DNA of 64,000 nt from Methanocaldococcus sp. 28A (lineage in GTDB: Archaea > AGJL01 > Methanococci > Methanococcales > Methanocaldococcaceae): assembly GCA_049852185.1 (NCBI GenBank), contig CP187540.1; one strand, given 5' to 3'. The position numbers and the translations under genes were made by a program. Below, piece by piece: positions 24,210 to 34,197 of this stretch. The notes below the pieces were generated by a model, which searched no databases, was not told the origin of the DNA, and saw only the letters and a program-made list of their open reading frames with translations. Every line of letters starts with the position of its first letter. The first letter of the stretch is position 1.

Positions 24210-24920
24210 ATGATGGTAGAAAAAGGAAAAATGGTAAAAATTAGTTATGATGGATACGTAGATGGAAAACTCTTTGACACAACTAACGAAGAATTAGCTA
24301 AAAAAGAAGGAATTTATAATCCTGCAATAGTTTATGGTCCTGTCGCTATTTTTGCTGGAGAAGGACAAGTGTTACCAGGATTAGATGAAGTTATATTAGA
24401 GATGGATATTGGTGAAGAGAGAGAAGTTGTTTTACCTCCAGAAAAGGCATTTGGTAAGAGAGACCCATCAAAAATAAAATTAGTTCCATTATCAGAATTT
24501 AAAAAAAGAGGAATTAAGCCAATAGTAGGATTACCTATAACAATTGATGGAATGCCAGGAAAAATTGTTAGCATAAACAGTGGAAGAGTTTTAGTTGATT
24601 TTAACCATGAATTCGCAGGAAAAGAGGTAAAATATAGAATAAAAGTTGAAGAAATTGTTGAAGATAAAAAAGATATGATAAAAGAAATTGTAAAAATATA
24701 TGTTCCAAGATTAAATGATGTAAAAGTAACAATAATAAATGGAACAGTTAAAATAGAACTGCCAGAATTTGCTCCATTCATACCAAACATCCAAACAGCT
24801 AAGATGGCGATTGCCAACGAAATATTGAAAAGATTAGATGATGTTGAAAAAGTTATATTTGTTGAAACATTCGAAAGAAAAAAAGAGAAAGAAGAAAAAA
24901 CTGAAGAAAATAATAAATAA
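24210..24920 (+). CDS. Long-type FKBP peptidyl-prolyl isomerase (SlyD-like)
   Basis: [24 protein letters not shown]; GAGGTGA RBS before ATG 24210. Confidence 0.9.
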   Translation: MMVEKGKMVKISYDGYVDGKLFDTTNEELAKKEGIYNPAIVYGPVAIFAGEGQVLPGLDEVILEMDIGEEREVVLPPEKAFGKRDPSKIKLVPLSEFKKRGIKPIVGLPITIDGMPGKIVSINSGRVLVDFNHEFAGKEVKYRIKVEEIVEDKKDMIKEIVKIYVPRLNDVKVTIINGTVKIELPEFAPFIPNIQTAKMAIANEILKRLDDVEKVIFVETFERKKEKEEKTEENNK

Positions 24921-25021
24921 ATTTCTATATTCTAATTAATTTAAATTCATTACGTAGCTTTTTTATAATTAATCATCCATATCTTTTTTTAGATTCTCTA
25001 AATTTTTAGTAGTGAATAATT

Positions 25022-25918
25022 ATGAGAGATAGATTTGGTAGAAATATCAGGTCTTTTAGAATTTCTGTAACAAATAAATGCAATTTACAGTGCTTTTATT
25101 GCCATAAAGAAGGGCATAGTTCAAATAATAACAGATACATGACTGCTGAAGAAATTGGAATTATAGCAAAAACTTCAACAAAATTTGGAGTTAAAAAGAT
25201 AAAAATCTCTGGCGGTGAGCCTTTAATAAGGAAAGATATTTGTGAAATCATTAAAAATATTAGAGATGAGAAAATAAAAGATATCTCTTTAACAACTAAT
25301 GGCATTTTTTTAGAAAATTTAGCTGATAAACTTAAAGATGCCGGGTTGGATAGAGTTAATGTGAGCTTAGATACCTTAAATCCAGCGTTGTATAAAAAAA
25401 TTACAAGAGTTGGAGATGTAAATAGAGTAATAAATGGGATAAAGAGAGCTATTGAGGTTGGTTTAACTCCATTAAAGGTTAATTTCTTAGCTATGAGTTT
25501 TAATATTAAAGACTTACCTGAGATTATGAAATTTTGTAGAGACATTGGGGCTATTTTACAAATTATTGAATTTATCCCTTTAAAAGAAAATTTAAAAAAG
25601 TATTATTATGACATTTCCACGATAGAAAATGAGATTAAAGAAAAAGCAGACAAAGTTATAACAAGAAAATTCATGCAAAATAGGAAAAAATATATAGTTG
25701 ATAACTTAGAGGTAGAGTTTGTAAGACCTATGGACAATAGTGAGTTTTGTATGCACTGCACAAGGATTAGATTAACCTATGATGGCTATTTAAAGCCTTG
25801 TTTATTGAGAGATGATAATTTAGTTGATGTTTTAAGTCCATTAAGAGAAGGGAAAGATTTAGAGCCATATTTTATTGAATGTATTAATAGAAGAGAGCCA
25901 TATTTCAAAATTAAGTAG
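25022..25918 (+). CDS. moaA: GTP 3',8-cyclase MoaA
   Basis: DRFGR, CNLQCFYCH, FCMHCTRIRLT.DG.LKPCL. Confidence 0.95.
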   Translation: MRDRFGRNIRSFRISVTNKCNLQCFYCHKEGHSSNNNRYMTAEEIGIIAKTSTKFGVKKIKISGGEPLIRKDICEIIKNIRDEKIKDISLTTNGIFLENLADKLKDAGLDRVNVSLDTLNPALYKKITRVGDVNRVINGIKRAIEVGLTPLKVNFLAMSFNIKDLPEIMKFCRDIGAILQIIEFIPLKENLKKYYYDISTIENEIKEKADKVITRKFMQNRKKYIVDNLEVEFVRPMDNSEFCMHCTRIRLTYDGYLKPCLLRDDNLVDVLSPLREGKDLEPYFIECINRREPYFKIK

Positions 25919-26693
25919 TATTTTTTAGTTTTAAAATGTAGTTAAATACCTTCTCTATTTCTTTTACGGCTTTTGAATCTAAATTAATAGGTTTTCCTAT
26001 AAAATCACTTTTTATAACTTCCTCATCGTATGGAATAAATCCAATAACTTCTAAACCAAGCTCCTTTTTAATAATATCTTTTAATAATTCTTTATTTTCA
26101 TCCCTTACTTTATTAACAATAACACCCAAATTTTTTATTCCCAAATCTTTAGCAAGCTTTTTCATTCTTTTTGCAGTTATTAATGATTTTTTTGTTGGCT
26201 CTATAACAATAAGCATTAAATCAACAGTATCTATTGTTTTTCTTCCAAAGTGTTCAATTCCTGCTTCCATATCTAAGATAACTACTTCATCTCTCTTTAA
26301 AATTAAATGTCTCAACAACCTTCTCAATAAAACAGAAGCTGGGCAAACACAACCTTCTCCTCCTTCTTCTATAGTACCCATAACTAACAATGTAATGTTT
26401 CCTATCTTATAACCAATTTTATCAATCAAATCATCCACTTTTGGATTTATCTTAAAAATATTTCCATAACTTCCAGGTTTAGCTCCAGTTCTTTCTTCTA
26501 TTATATCATGCCTTTTTGATAACGGAGTTATCTCTTCCTCAATCCCAAAAGCTAATGCTAATGTAGGATTTGGGTCGCAATCAACTCCAATAACTCTAAA
26601 GCCATTTTTTTCAAACAACCTCATCAATGTAGAAGCAATAAAAGTTTTTCCTACTCCTCCTTTTCCAGTTACTGCTATCTTCATTTTTATCAC
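25911..26693 (-). CDS. cooC: CooC-like nickel-insertion ATPase
   Basis: [24 protein letters not shown]. Confidence 0.85.
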   Translation of the reverse strand: MIKMKIAVTGKGGVGKTFIASTLMRLFEKNGFRVIGVDCDPNPTLALAFGIEEEITPLSKRHDIIEERTGAKPGSYGNIFKINPKVDDLIDKIGYKIGNITLLVMGTIEEGGEGCVCPASVLLRRLLRHLILKRDEVVILDMEAGIEHFGRKTIDTVDLMLIVIEPTKKSLITAKRMKKLAKDLGIKNLGVIVNKVRDENKELLKDIIKKELGLEVIGFIPYDEEVIKSDFIGKPINLDSKAVKEIEKVFNYILKLKNTT

Positions 26694-26920
26694 AGGTTAT
26701 TTTTTTATTGTTTTTAACTTTATCTTTTGCAAGATTTTTATGAATTTTTACTATACATTTAAATCTATTAAAATTTATTTTTATCCATTTAAAAAAGTTA
26801 TAAATATTTGTAACTTTTTTATTTTATAATTTAACAGAAATTATATCATAAATTTAAAATATCAAAGGTATAATAAAAATTTTAGCCATGAAACTATCGT
26901 TACAACCGTTTCATATCGTA

Positions 26921-26954
26921 AGGTTTATATAGTAGTTTGTCGAAGGTATATACC
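26921..26954 (+). promoter_or_regulatory. S-layer gene promoter region (TATA TTTATATA 26924-26931; second TATA-like palindrome GGTATATACC)
   Basis: Consensus TATA box upstream of sla RBS. Confidence 0.55.
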
Positions 26955-26996
26955 GTCAATCAAATAAGAATAATTAAAAACTTTAGGTGATAAAGT

Positions 26997-28679
26997 ATGG
27001 CAATGAGCTTAAAGAAAATATGTGCTATTGCAGTTGGAGGTGCAATGGTTGCTACAGCTTTGGCAAGTGGAGTAGCTGCAGAAGTAACAGTTATTGGAGA
27101 ACTTTCAAAAGACTTGTTCGTTAAAGATGGTCAACCAAACTGTTATGTTGTTGTTGGTGCAAATGCTCCTTCAACAATGGATGTCGTTTCAGCAGCAGAC
27201 ATTGCTGCTAAAATCGGAAACTTATGCTACAAAGAAACTGCAGTCGAAGAAGGAAGCGCTGATTTAAATGTTCATGTTTCAGCAGACGCAAGTAAAGTAG
27301 AATTTAATACATCTGAGTATGATAATTATACCTATGTAGTAACTCCTGATGATGGAGACTACCCATTAGACAAAGGAATAATCTTTGGACGTATGACATA
27401 TTACAGTGGAGGTCCAATAACTACTAAAACATTAACCACATTAGTGAAAATTGATGATGTAGATCCAAAAAATATTTACTCAGTAAACAATGATGATGGT
27501 ATTGAAATAGGATTCTTTGCAATGAAAAATGAATCAAATGAGATAGGTATTGATTTAGTAGGCTATGCCTCCATAGTAACTGATGACTCACAATTGAATA
27601 CATCTAATACATATTTAGCTCCTGGAGTATTGATACCATTCTTAGGCCAACAATATATGTTTGTTAAAGCAGATGCTGACAATGATGACTTAATAATTGG
27701 TAAATGTGTATATAATGGAGTTTTAAGTGAAGGCGAAACTTACGATTTAGGAAATGGCTATGAAGCTAAAATAAAGGCTGTTTTAGAAGCAACTACTACA
27801 GGAAGTCCATCAAAAGTAGATGTCCAAATATTAAAAGATGGTAAGGTAGTAGCAGAAAAATTTGACTATGCAAATACTACAAATCCATTAGTGTTAGTAA
27901 GTGGTCCTGTAGGTGTAATCGTAGTAAATGCATATAAAAACGTAGCAGCTACTACTGGATACGCTGACGTGTACTTAGTAAATGATATAAAGAGATTACA
28001 CTTAGGAGATAAATACGAAGGAGATTACAAAATTTATGCTGTAGTTCAAGATCCTAATGCTGATCAAATAGATATATCTAAAGATACAGATATCTCAGAT
28101 AGTGGTGTTCCAATAAAAGGTGAAGGTATAGTTGACGGTAAGTTAATTTGCGGTATTGCATTAGTAGATGATACAGATCCTACAAATGATGATAATAAAT
28201 TAAGTGCAAAAGGAGATACTTTCTCAGCAATAGATGACTACTTTAAGTTGAAAGTAGATGATGTTGTCGACGCAAAATCAGGAACTTACAAAATATATGT
28301 CTATTCTGATGTAACAAAAGATGCAACAGTTAATGTAGGACAAACAGTTCATGTATTAAACGCAGATATAACCTTAAATGGACTTGAAGCTACAGCACAG
28401 CAAGTATGTCCAATCACAGCACCAATTGCAAAATTAGATACCGAAGTTAGCTTAGACACAGCAGACAAGAACTTAGTCTTAGTTGGAGGACCAGTTGCAA
28501 ACAAATTAACAAAAGAGCTCCAAGATAGCGGTAAATTGCCAGTACCTATTAACAACACAACAGGACCAGTTATCGAAATTGTCAAAGGAGTAGCAAACGG
28601 ACACGATGTAGTTGTAGTTGCTGGTGGAGATAGAGAGAAAACAAGAGAAGCAGCATTATACTTAATTAAGAATCTCTAA
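26997..28679 (+). CDS. sla: S-layer protein (Methanococcales type)
   Basis: MAMSLKKI signal peptide, DVVSAADIAAKIG, LVLVGGPVAN, VAGGDREKT. Confidence 0.93.
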   Translation: MAMSLKKICAIAVGGAMVATALASGVAAEVTVIGELSKDLFVKDGQPNCYVVVGANAPSTMDVVSAADIAAKIGNLCYKETAVEEGSADLNVHVSADASKVEFNTSEYDNYTYVVTPDDGDYPLDKGIIFGRMTYYSGGPITTKTLTTLVKIDDVDPKNIYSVNNDDGIEIGFFAMKNESNEIGIDLVGYASIVTDDSQLNTSNTYLAPGVLIPFLGQQYMFVKADADNDDLIIGKCVYNGVLSEGETYDLGNGYEAKIKAVLEATTTGSPSKVDVQILKDGKVVAEKFDYANTTNPLVLVSGPVGVIVVNAYKNVAATTGYADVYLVNDIKRLHLGDKYEGDYKIYAVVQDPNADQIDISKDTDISDSGVPIKGEGIVDGKLICGIALVDDTDPTNDDNKLSAKGDTFSAIDDYFKLKVDDVVDAKSGTYKIYVYSDVTKDATVNVGQTVHVLNADITLNGLEATAQQVCPITAPIAKLDTEVSLDTADKNLVLVGGPVANKLTKELQDSGKLPVPINNTTGPVIEIVKGVANGHDVVVVAGGDREKTREAALYLIKNL

Positions 28680-28690
28680 ATTCATTAAAT

Positions 28691-28710
28691 CTTTTTTCTT
28701 TTTATTTTTT
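28691..28710 (+). terminator. Oligo-T terminator after sla
   Basis: T-rich tract immediately after stop codon. Confidence 0.5.
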
Positions 28711-29293
28711 AGACATATTAATTTATATATTTGAATTAATAGTAAATAACTAACAGTGTGAATTAACGAAAAGAGTCTTAAAACCAAAAAACAGAAATAG
28801 GACGAGGTTAAATAGTTTATATAAAAAACAGTGATATCTGTATGTTAGTAGCATTTAATAATATGCTGGTTGATTCTATAAATAGTTTAGGGATATGTTC
28901 TTCGTATGGGGTAGTGGGGACATTAACGCCGATAAAGACGATTAGAGGGATATCTATTGCTTATATAATCAGTTATCTAACCTTCCCGATATTTTAGATG
29001 ACGATAGATAAAAATTTGTTGCGATAGTTGATTCAATGTGAGTAATTATCTAACCTCAAAAAGCAATATCGGTTTTGTTAAATTTGTAGCGATTATTCAC
29101 AATTGTATAGAATATTTAAGCAATAAATACAACATATCTTTCAAATAAAGGACTATCGTAATCACACCGTCAGTTATTTAGCAATTCCTCTTGGAATAAT
29201 ACTTTTATCAATTATGTTACTAACTAGTATAAAATTAGTACTCTATAATAGAGTGTTATTGGGTATAATATTAGCTATAATGGATGGCTGGAT

Positions 29294-29450
29294 TTATCGT
29301 AAATAGGGGTATTATGACAACTCTCCGCCCTAAAGGGAGGAGTTTCTTTAAGAGAGCAGAGGGTTAAAAACCCTCACCCTCCATGGGTTGCCAAGCCCAC
29401 TATCCCTATCCCTTTCGGGATTCGGGACTACGCTGAATAAGATATTTCTT
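29294..29450 (-). ncRNA. Predicted TnpB omegaRNA (right-end RNA) with flank-derived guide; 5' boundary approximate
   Basis: GC-rich hairpins (TCCC-GAAA-GGGA, GAGGGTT-TTT-AACCCTC, right-end hairpin) at the tnpB 3' end. Confidence 0.6.
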
Positions 29451-30034
29451 GCACCATTAACATCTGCATTAATAACCGTTCCACACTCAGAACAAACATA
29501 TAAACCTCTGTATTTCCTATTTGATTTCTTTATTACTCCACAAACACTGCATTTTTGAGATGTATAACTTTCATCCACCAACTCCACTGATATTCCTTCT
29601 TCTTCAGCCTTGTAGGTTATTCTATGTATTAGTTTTCCGAACGGAATTTTATGGAATTTTTCGTTATTTTTTCTACCTATGTCTATATTTGAAAAATTAT
29701 TAGTTAAATTCCCTACATATCCCTATCCCTTTCGGGATTCGGGACTACGCTGAATAAGATATTTCTTGCACCATTAACATCTGCATTAATAACCGTTCCA
29801 CACTCAGAACAAACATATAAACCTCTGTATTTCCTATTTGATTTCTTTATTACTCCACAAACACTGCATTTTTGAGATGTATAACTTTCATCCACCAACT
29901 CCACTGATATTCCTTCTTCTTCAGCCTTGTAGGTTATTCTATGTATTAGTTTTCCGAACGGAATTTTATGGAATTTTTCGTTATTTTTTCTACCTATGTC
30001 TATATTTGAAAAATTATTAGTTAAATTCCCTACA
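29401..30034. repeat. Exact 317-bp tandem duplication (29401-29717 = 29718-30034)
   Basis: Identical shadow ORFs 29521-29703 and 29838-30020; sequences read identical by eye. Confidence 0.92.
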
Positions 30035-30891
30035 ACAATCTTCGAAACTCTCTTTTTTTTCGCTAAATTAACAATCCATTTACTAATCTTATGAATGTAG
30101 TCATTTACATAATTCCTTTCCTTCACTGTTAATCTTGCCAATCGCTTGCAATTTTTTAACCCCTGTTTTGCAATTTCTGACTTAATTTTTGCTATCTTCT
30201 TAGCAAACCCTCTTAATTTAGACAATAAAATTTTCCCATCGAATATGAGAGATTGTTTTTCTCCTTGTATTACTGTAGTTGCTAAGTTCTTCACTCCTAA
30301 ATCTATTGCCATTACTTTTTCTTTCTTAGGTTTCTCTGGATTAATTTCCTTTTTATAAATCAAATGCAATACATAAAACCTTTGTCCATAAATATCGTGT
30401 GGAACTATTTCAACTTCTTTAACTTGCATGGCATCGAGCGGTAGAGTTTTCGAGAACTCTACCCATAGGAACTTGGACTCGATGCCATGCTTTTCTTTGA
30501 GATACTGTCTTGTTTGCTTCGATAAAGACAATCTCAGCTTATTACCGATAATTTTAAATCCATCTTTTTTCCATTTCACTGGATAATGTCCGTTCTTTGG
30601 TTGAAATCTTGGTCTCTTCGTATGTTGTTTAAAGCAGTTTAGCCAAGCGATTTTTAGTTTCTGCAAAACAGCCTGAGCTGATTGCGAATGAAGGTTTTTA
30701 TACCAAAAGTTAGTTTTCAGTTTCTTTTCTAATTCATTAATCTTTATATTGCATTGTATAACTTGATAGTTAGCTACATTCCATAGTTTCGATGCAGAAT
30801 AAGTTAAATGGTTTAAGATAATCCATTGTTCGTCAGTTAATTTTCTTGTTAGATTTATCGTTAAAACTCTCGTTACTTCCAACTCAGACAC
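29713..30891 (-). CDS. tnpB: RNA-guided endonuclease TnpB (C-terminal tail altered by duplication)
   Basis: AIDLG (RuvC-I), DESYTSQKCSVC, CSEC zinc finger, ADVNGARNI (RuvC-III). Confidence 0.92.
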   Translation of the reverse strand: MSELEVTRVLTINLTRKLTDEQWIILNHLTYSASKLWNVANYQVIQCNIKINELEKKLKTNFWYKNLHSQSAQAVLQKLKIAWLNCFKQHTKRPRFQPKNGHYPVKWKKDGFKIIGNKLRLSLSKQTRQYLKEKHGIESKFLWVEFSKTLPLDAMQVKEVEIVPHDIYGQRFYVLHLIYKKEINPEKPKKEKVMAIDLGVKNLATTVIQGEKQSLIFDGKILLSKLRGFAKKIAKIKSEIAKQGLKNCKRLARLTVKERNYVNDYIHKISKWIVNLAKKKRVSKIVVGNLTNNFSNIDIGRKNNEKFHKIPFGKLIHRITYKAEEEGISVELVDESYTSQKCSVCGVIKKSNRKYRGLYVCSECGTVINADVNGARNILFSVVPNPERDRDM

Positions 30892-31315
30892 CTTTCTGGC
30901 TGTCTATATATTGCCTAATAACATCGAGAGTTACTGTTCCAACGGTGGATATAAATCTACCTCGAGTCCATAGAGTAGGAAGTTTTCTTTTTAACTCTGG
31001 AAACTCATATCTTAATTTATTTGAGGTATATCCTTTAATTTGTGCTACGATTTTATTTATTCCGATTGTTGGGTCTGCATCTAACAGTAGATGTACATGG
31101 TCTGGTGCAATAACCATGTCTAAAACTTCTGTATTTAGTTCCTTACATTTTTCTCTGATTAACTCCTCCAATCGTTCTTTTATCTTACCCGTTAAAACAG
31201 GTCTTCGATATTTCGGACAGAAAACAACATGATACTGACAACTATACACAATGTGCTTGCCCATGTCGTGGTGGTATTTCTTTGGTGGGGATTTCAACTC
31301 CATAATAACCACCAT
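30884..31315 (-). CDS. tnpA: Y1 HUH transposase TnpA
   Basis: YHVVFCPKYR, PDHVHL (HUH), LWTRG, IRQYIDSQ catalytic Tyr. Confidence 0.93.
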   Translation of the reverse strand: MVVIMELKSPPKKYHHDMGKHIVYSCQYHVVFCPKYRRPVLTGKIKERLEELIREKCKELNTEVLDMVIAPDHVHLLLDADPTIGINKIVAQIKGYTSNKLRYEFPELKRKLPTLWTRGRFISTVGTVTLDVIRQYIDSQKGV

Positions 31316-31752
31316 ATATTATATATGACAACCTTATATATTAATTTTACAATATTTAATTAACACATCTAACACATAAAATAAGTCCCCACCCACCTCC
31401 CCTAATTCATCACCGCCCTAAAGGGCGGTGCTTTCTTAGCGACAATAAATGTAAAAAATAAATTTTCAGCAGCATTGAGATAAAAGAAATATTATGGTGG
31501 ATAAGGGTAGTATTTGGGAAATACCTGTTATCATATATTATAGCATCTAATTATAATAATTATAATTTCAATAATTGGCTGGATAATTATAATTTTTATA
31601 CTATTTTATTTACTTTTAGTATTTACATACTACTTTGCTGTATTAGATATATAAAAAAAGTTTCTAATAAATAATATAGTTTTAATGATTTTATTTAATT
31701 TTTAAATAGGTAATTAGTAAAACTCCAATTTAAAATTCATAATTTAAAATAT

Positions 31753-33879
31753 GTGGTAATTATGACAAATTTTGATGAAAAGGTTTTTAAATCATATTAT
31801 GAGCATAAAATAAAGAGTTTTATAAAGGAAGAGCTATCTAACAACTTAATTAAAAATAATATTTTTGAATTTGATATAGAAACGTTTTTAATGCATTTTC
31901 CTGATGCATGTGAAGTTAATGATTTAATTATTGAAAGACCAAAAGAAGTTGAGGAAATTATTTTAGATATATTTAAAGAAGCTTATGTTGAGTTGTTTGG
32001 AGAAGATAAAGAGTTAGAAAAAATACAAATTGCATTTAAAAATCCAAAAGGTTGTGAAAAGTTAATTGAAGATATATCATCATCAGACATAAATAAATTA
32101 GTTAAATTTGAAGGTGTTATAGTAAAAGCTGGAAAGGTTTGTGCTTTATTAAAAAGAGCTTGCTATGTATGTCCAAGATGTGGAAATATAAAGTATAAGA
32201 CCATACACAACTACTTTGAACTTCCTAAAGTTATTTGTAATAATGGAGATTGCAAAGAAGAGATGGTTATTGATTACGAAGAATCTACCTACATAAATAT
32301 TCAAGAATTAGAGATTCAGCAACCAATTGACTTAATGAAAAACCCAGATGACCCGCCAAGAAGTATAAAGGTGTTTTTAGAGAACAGCCCTGGGATTTAT
32401 TCCGGAAGAGTGGATGTTGTTGGAACAGTTTTAAAGAAAAAAACGAGACCTAAACTACCTGTGTTTGAAATCTTTGTTAAAAGTAATTATGTTAAGATAT
32501 CTGAAAGCTATCAAAAAATTGAAGTTAGAGATATTTTAGGGAATGATGAACTTATAGATACTCTAAATGAATTAGGTAGAAAGAAGAATATTATTGACAT
32601 CTTATCAAACTTTATGATTTCTCAGATAAAGGGCTATGAATTAGTAAAGAAAGCAATATTTTTACAGCAAATTAAAGGAGCTTTTAAATTCTTACCAGAT
32701 GGAACACCTTTAAGGAGAGACAGTCATATTTTATTAATTACAGACCCTGGAATTGGAAAAACCACTATGCTTAGAAGAATAGCAAGATTATTTCCTCAAA
32801 ATGCTTATGCATCAGTAACTACTGCTACTGGAGGAGGATTAACTGCTAACGTTATTAGGGAGGCTACAGAAATTGGAGATGGATGGGTTGTTAAGCCTGG
32901 AGTGTTTGTTAGAGCTAATGAAGGAACCGCTTGTATAGATGAGCTAACTGTAGATAAAAATGTAATGAAATACATCTTAGAAGCTATGGAAAGTCAAACA
33001 ATACATGTTAATAAGGGAGGAATTAATGTAAAGCTTCCTGCAAGGTGTGCAGTTTTAGCGGCATGTAATCCAAAAAGGGGGAGGTTTGATAGAAATTTAA
33101 CCGTTATAGAACAGATAGATATTCCAGCTCCATTATTAAGTAGATTTGATTTAATCTTTCCATTAATGGATAAACCAAATAGAAAAGAAGATGATGAGAT
33201 AGCTGAGCATATATTAAATACTCATATAGAGACTGCAACAAAAGATTACAAAATCTTAGGGGCTATTGATATTGATGGAATTACTGTGGATGAGAAGCTT
33301 TTAAAATACTATATCATTTACGCAAGGAGTTGTGCATATATAGAAGAAAATCAAGACCTATATTTAGGAGAATTTGATGAAACAAAGCTAATTATGCCAT
33401 ATTTAACTGAAAAGGCAAAGAAAATGATTAAAAAGTATTACTTAGAGATGAGAAAGTTAGGAGAGGGAGATAACCCAATACCTATAACTGCAAGACAGTT
33501 AGAGGCAATTATAAGAATTGCTGAGATGCATGCAAAGGCAAGACTATCAGATAAGGTTGAAGATGTTGATGCTGAAGTTGCTATAAATATTATTGATGAT
33601 TGTTTAAAGCAAGTAGCCTATGACCCAGAAACAGGAACTTTAGATTTAGATAAGATAGCTGGAACTCCAAAATCAAGAAGAGATAAAATGGATGCTATCT
33701 TAAATATTATTAGGGAGATAGTTAGCTTAAGGGATGATGGCTTAGCACCAGAAGAAGAGATATATGAGAAAGCTGAAAGTATTGGTTTATCTGAAAAAGA
33801 TGTTGAAAATGCTTTAGAATATCTAAAAAAGGCAGGGGATATATACAACCCAAGAATTGGATTTTGGGGGTTGTTATAA
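31753..33879 (+). CDS. mcm: MCM replicative helicase family protein (Methanococcales paralogue)
   Basis: Zinc finger CPRC..C, DPGIGKT, IDEL, AMESQTI, LLSRFDL, TARQLE. Confidence 0.92.
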   Translation: MVIMTNFDEKVFKSYYEHKIKSFIKEELSNNLIKNNIFEFDIETFLMHFPDACEVNDLIIERPKEVEEIILDIFKEAYVELFGEDKELEKIQIAFKNPKGCEKLIEDISSSDINKLVKFEGVIVKAGKVCALLKRACYVCPRCGNIKYKTIHNYFELPKVICNNGDCKEEMVIDYEESTYINIQELEIQQPIDLMKNPDDPPRSIKVFLENSPGIYSGRVDVVGTVLKKKTRPKLPVFEIFVKSNYVKISESYQKIEVRDILGNDELIDTLNELGRKKNIIDILSNFMISQIKGYELVKKAIFLQQIKGAFKFLPDGTPLRRDSHILLITDPGIGKTTMLRRIARLFPQNAYASVTTATGGGLTANVIREATEIGDGWVVKPGVFVRANEGTACIDELTVDKNVMKYILEAMESQTIHVNKGGINVKLPARCAVLAACNPKRGRFDRNLTVIEQIDIPAPLLSRFDLIFPLMDKPNRKEDDEIAEHILNTHIETATKDYKILGAIDIDGITVDEKLLKYYIIYARSCAYIEENQDLYLGEFDETKLIMPYLTEKAKKMIKKYYLEMRKLGEGDNPIPITARQLEAIIRIAEMHAKARLSDKVEDVDAEVAINIIDDCLKQVAYDPETGTLDLDKIAGTPKSRRDKMDAILNIIREIVSLRDDGLAPEEEIYEKAESIGLSEKDVENALEYLKKAGDIYNPRIGFWGLL

Positions 33880-33887
33880 TATGAGTA

Positions 33888-33933
33888 TAGAGGGAAACCC
33901 TCTAAGAAGAACCTTTTACTAAAAGGTTCTTCT
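33888..33933. repeat. Twin hairpins after mcm (TAGAGGG-AAA-CCCTCTA; AGAAGAACCTTTT-ACT-AAAAGGTTCTTCT)
   Basis: Two adjacent perfect inverted repeats. Confidence 0.55.
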
Positions 33934-33954
33934 AAAAGTTTCAAAATGAAAATA

Positions 33955-34029
33955 ATGAAATTTTTTAATAGAGAGAAAGAAATCCATAAGATTTTGTCAA
34001 TTATAATAGAAAGTGAGCCAAATTTAATA
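33955..34029 (+). pseudogene. N-terminal fragment of archaeal ATPase (ATPase_2 family)
   Basis: MKFFNREKEIHKILSIIIESEPNLI, cut by family B repeat just before Walker A. Confidence 0.75.
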
Positions 34030-34120
34030 GGACTTTCGCAAGAAATAAATAATAGCAACGAACTTTGATGCCTTTGGCATCTAAATACCTTAATTTAGTA
34101 TATAAACTGCGAAAGTCCTA
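34028..34120. mobile_element. MITE-like family B element, full copy (93 bp)
   Basis: 13-bp TIR TAGGACTTTCGCA ... TGCGAAAGTCCTA; central GATGCC-TTT-GGCATC hairpin. Confidence 0.8.
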
Positions 34121-34197
34121 TTAAAAAATATAAATGAAAAACTTTATATTCTACAATTTTAACAGTTACTATAACTTTTACACATAAGAGTGATATT

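Larger units (their letters stand above)
29314..31444 (-). mobile_element. IS200/IS605-family insertion sequence (tnpA+tnpB)
   Basis: Left-end hairpin CACCGCCCT-AA-AGGGCGGTG (31411-31430) preceded on minus strand by TTTAT; right-end hairpin 29323-29342 ending TCAT; no TIRs or TSD. Confidence 0.88.

Noticed and set aside
29348-29587. 79-aa zinc-finger ORF as an independent gene
   Set aside because: It is the duplicated 3' end of tnpB with no evident RBS
29521-30020. Two identical 60-aa plus-strand ORFs
   Set aside because: Antisense shadows of the 317-bp duplication
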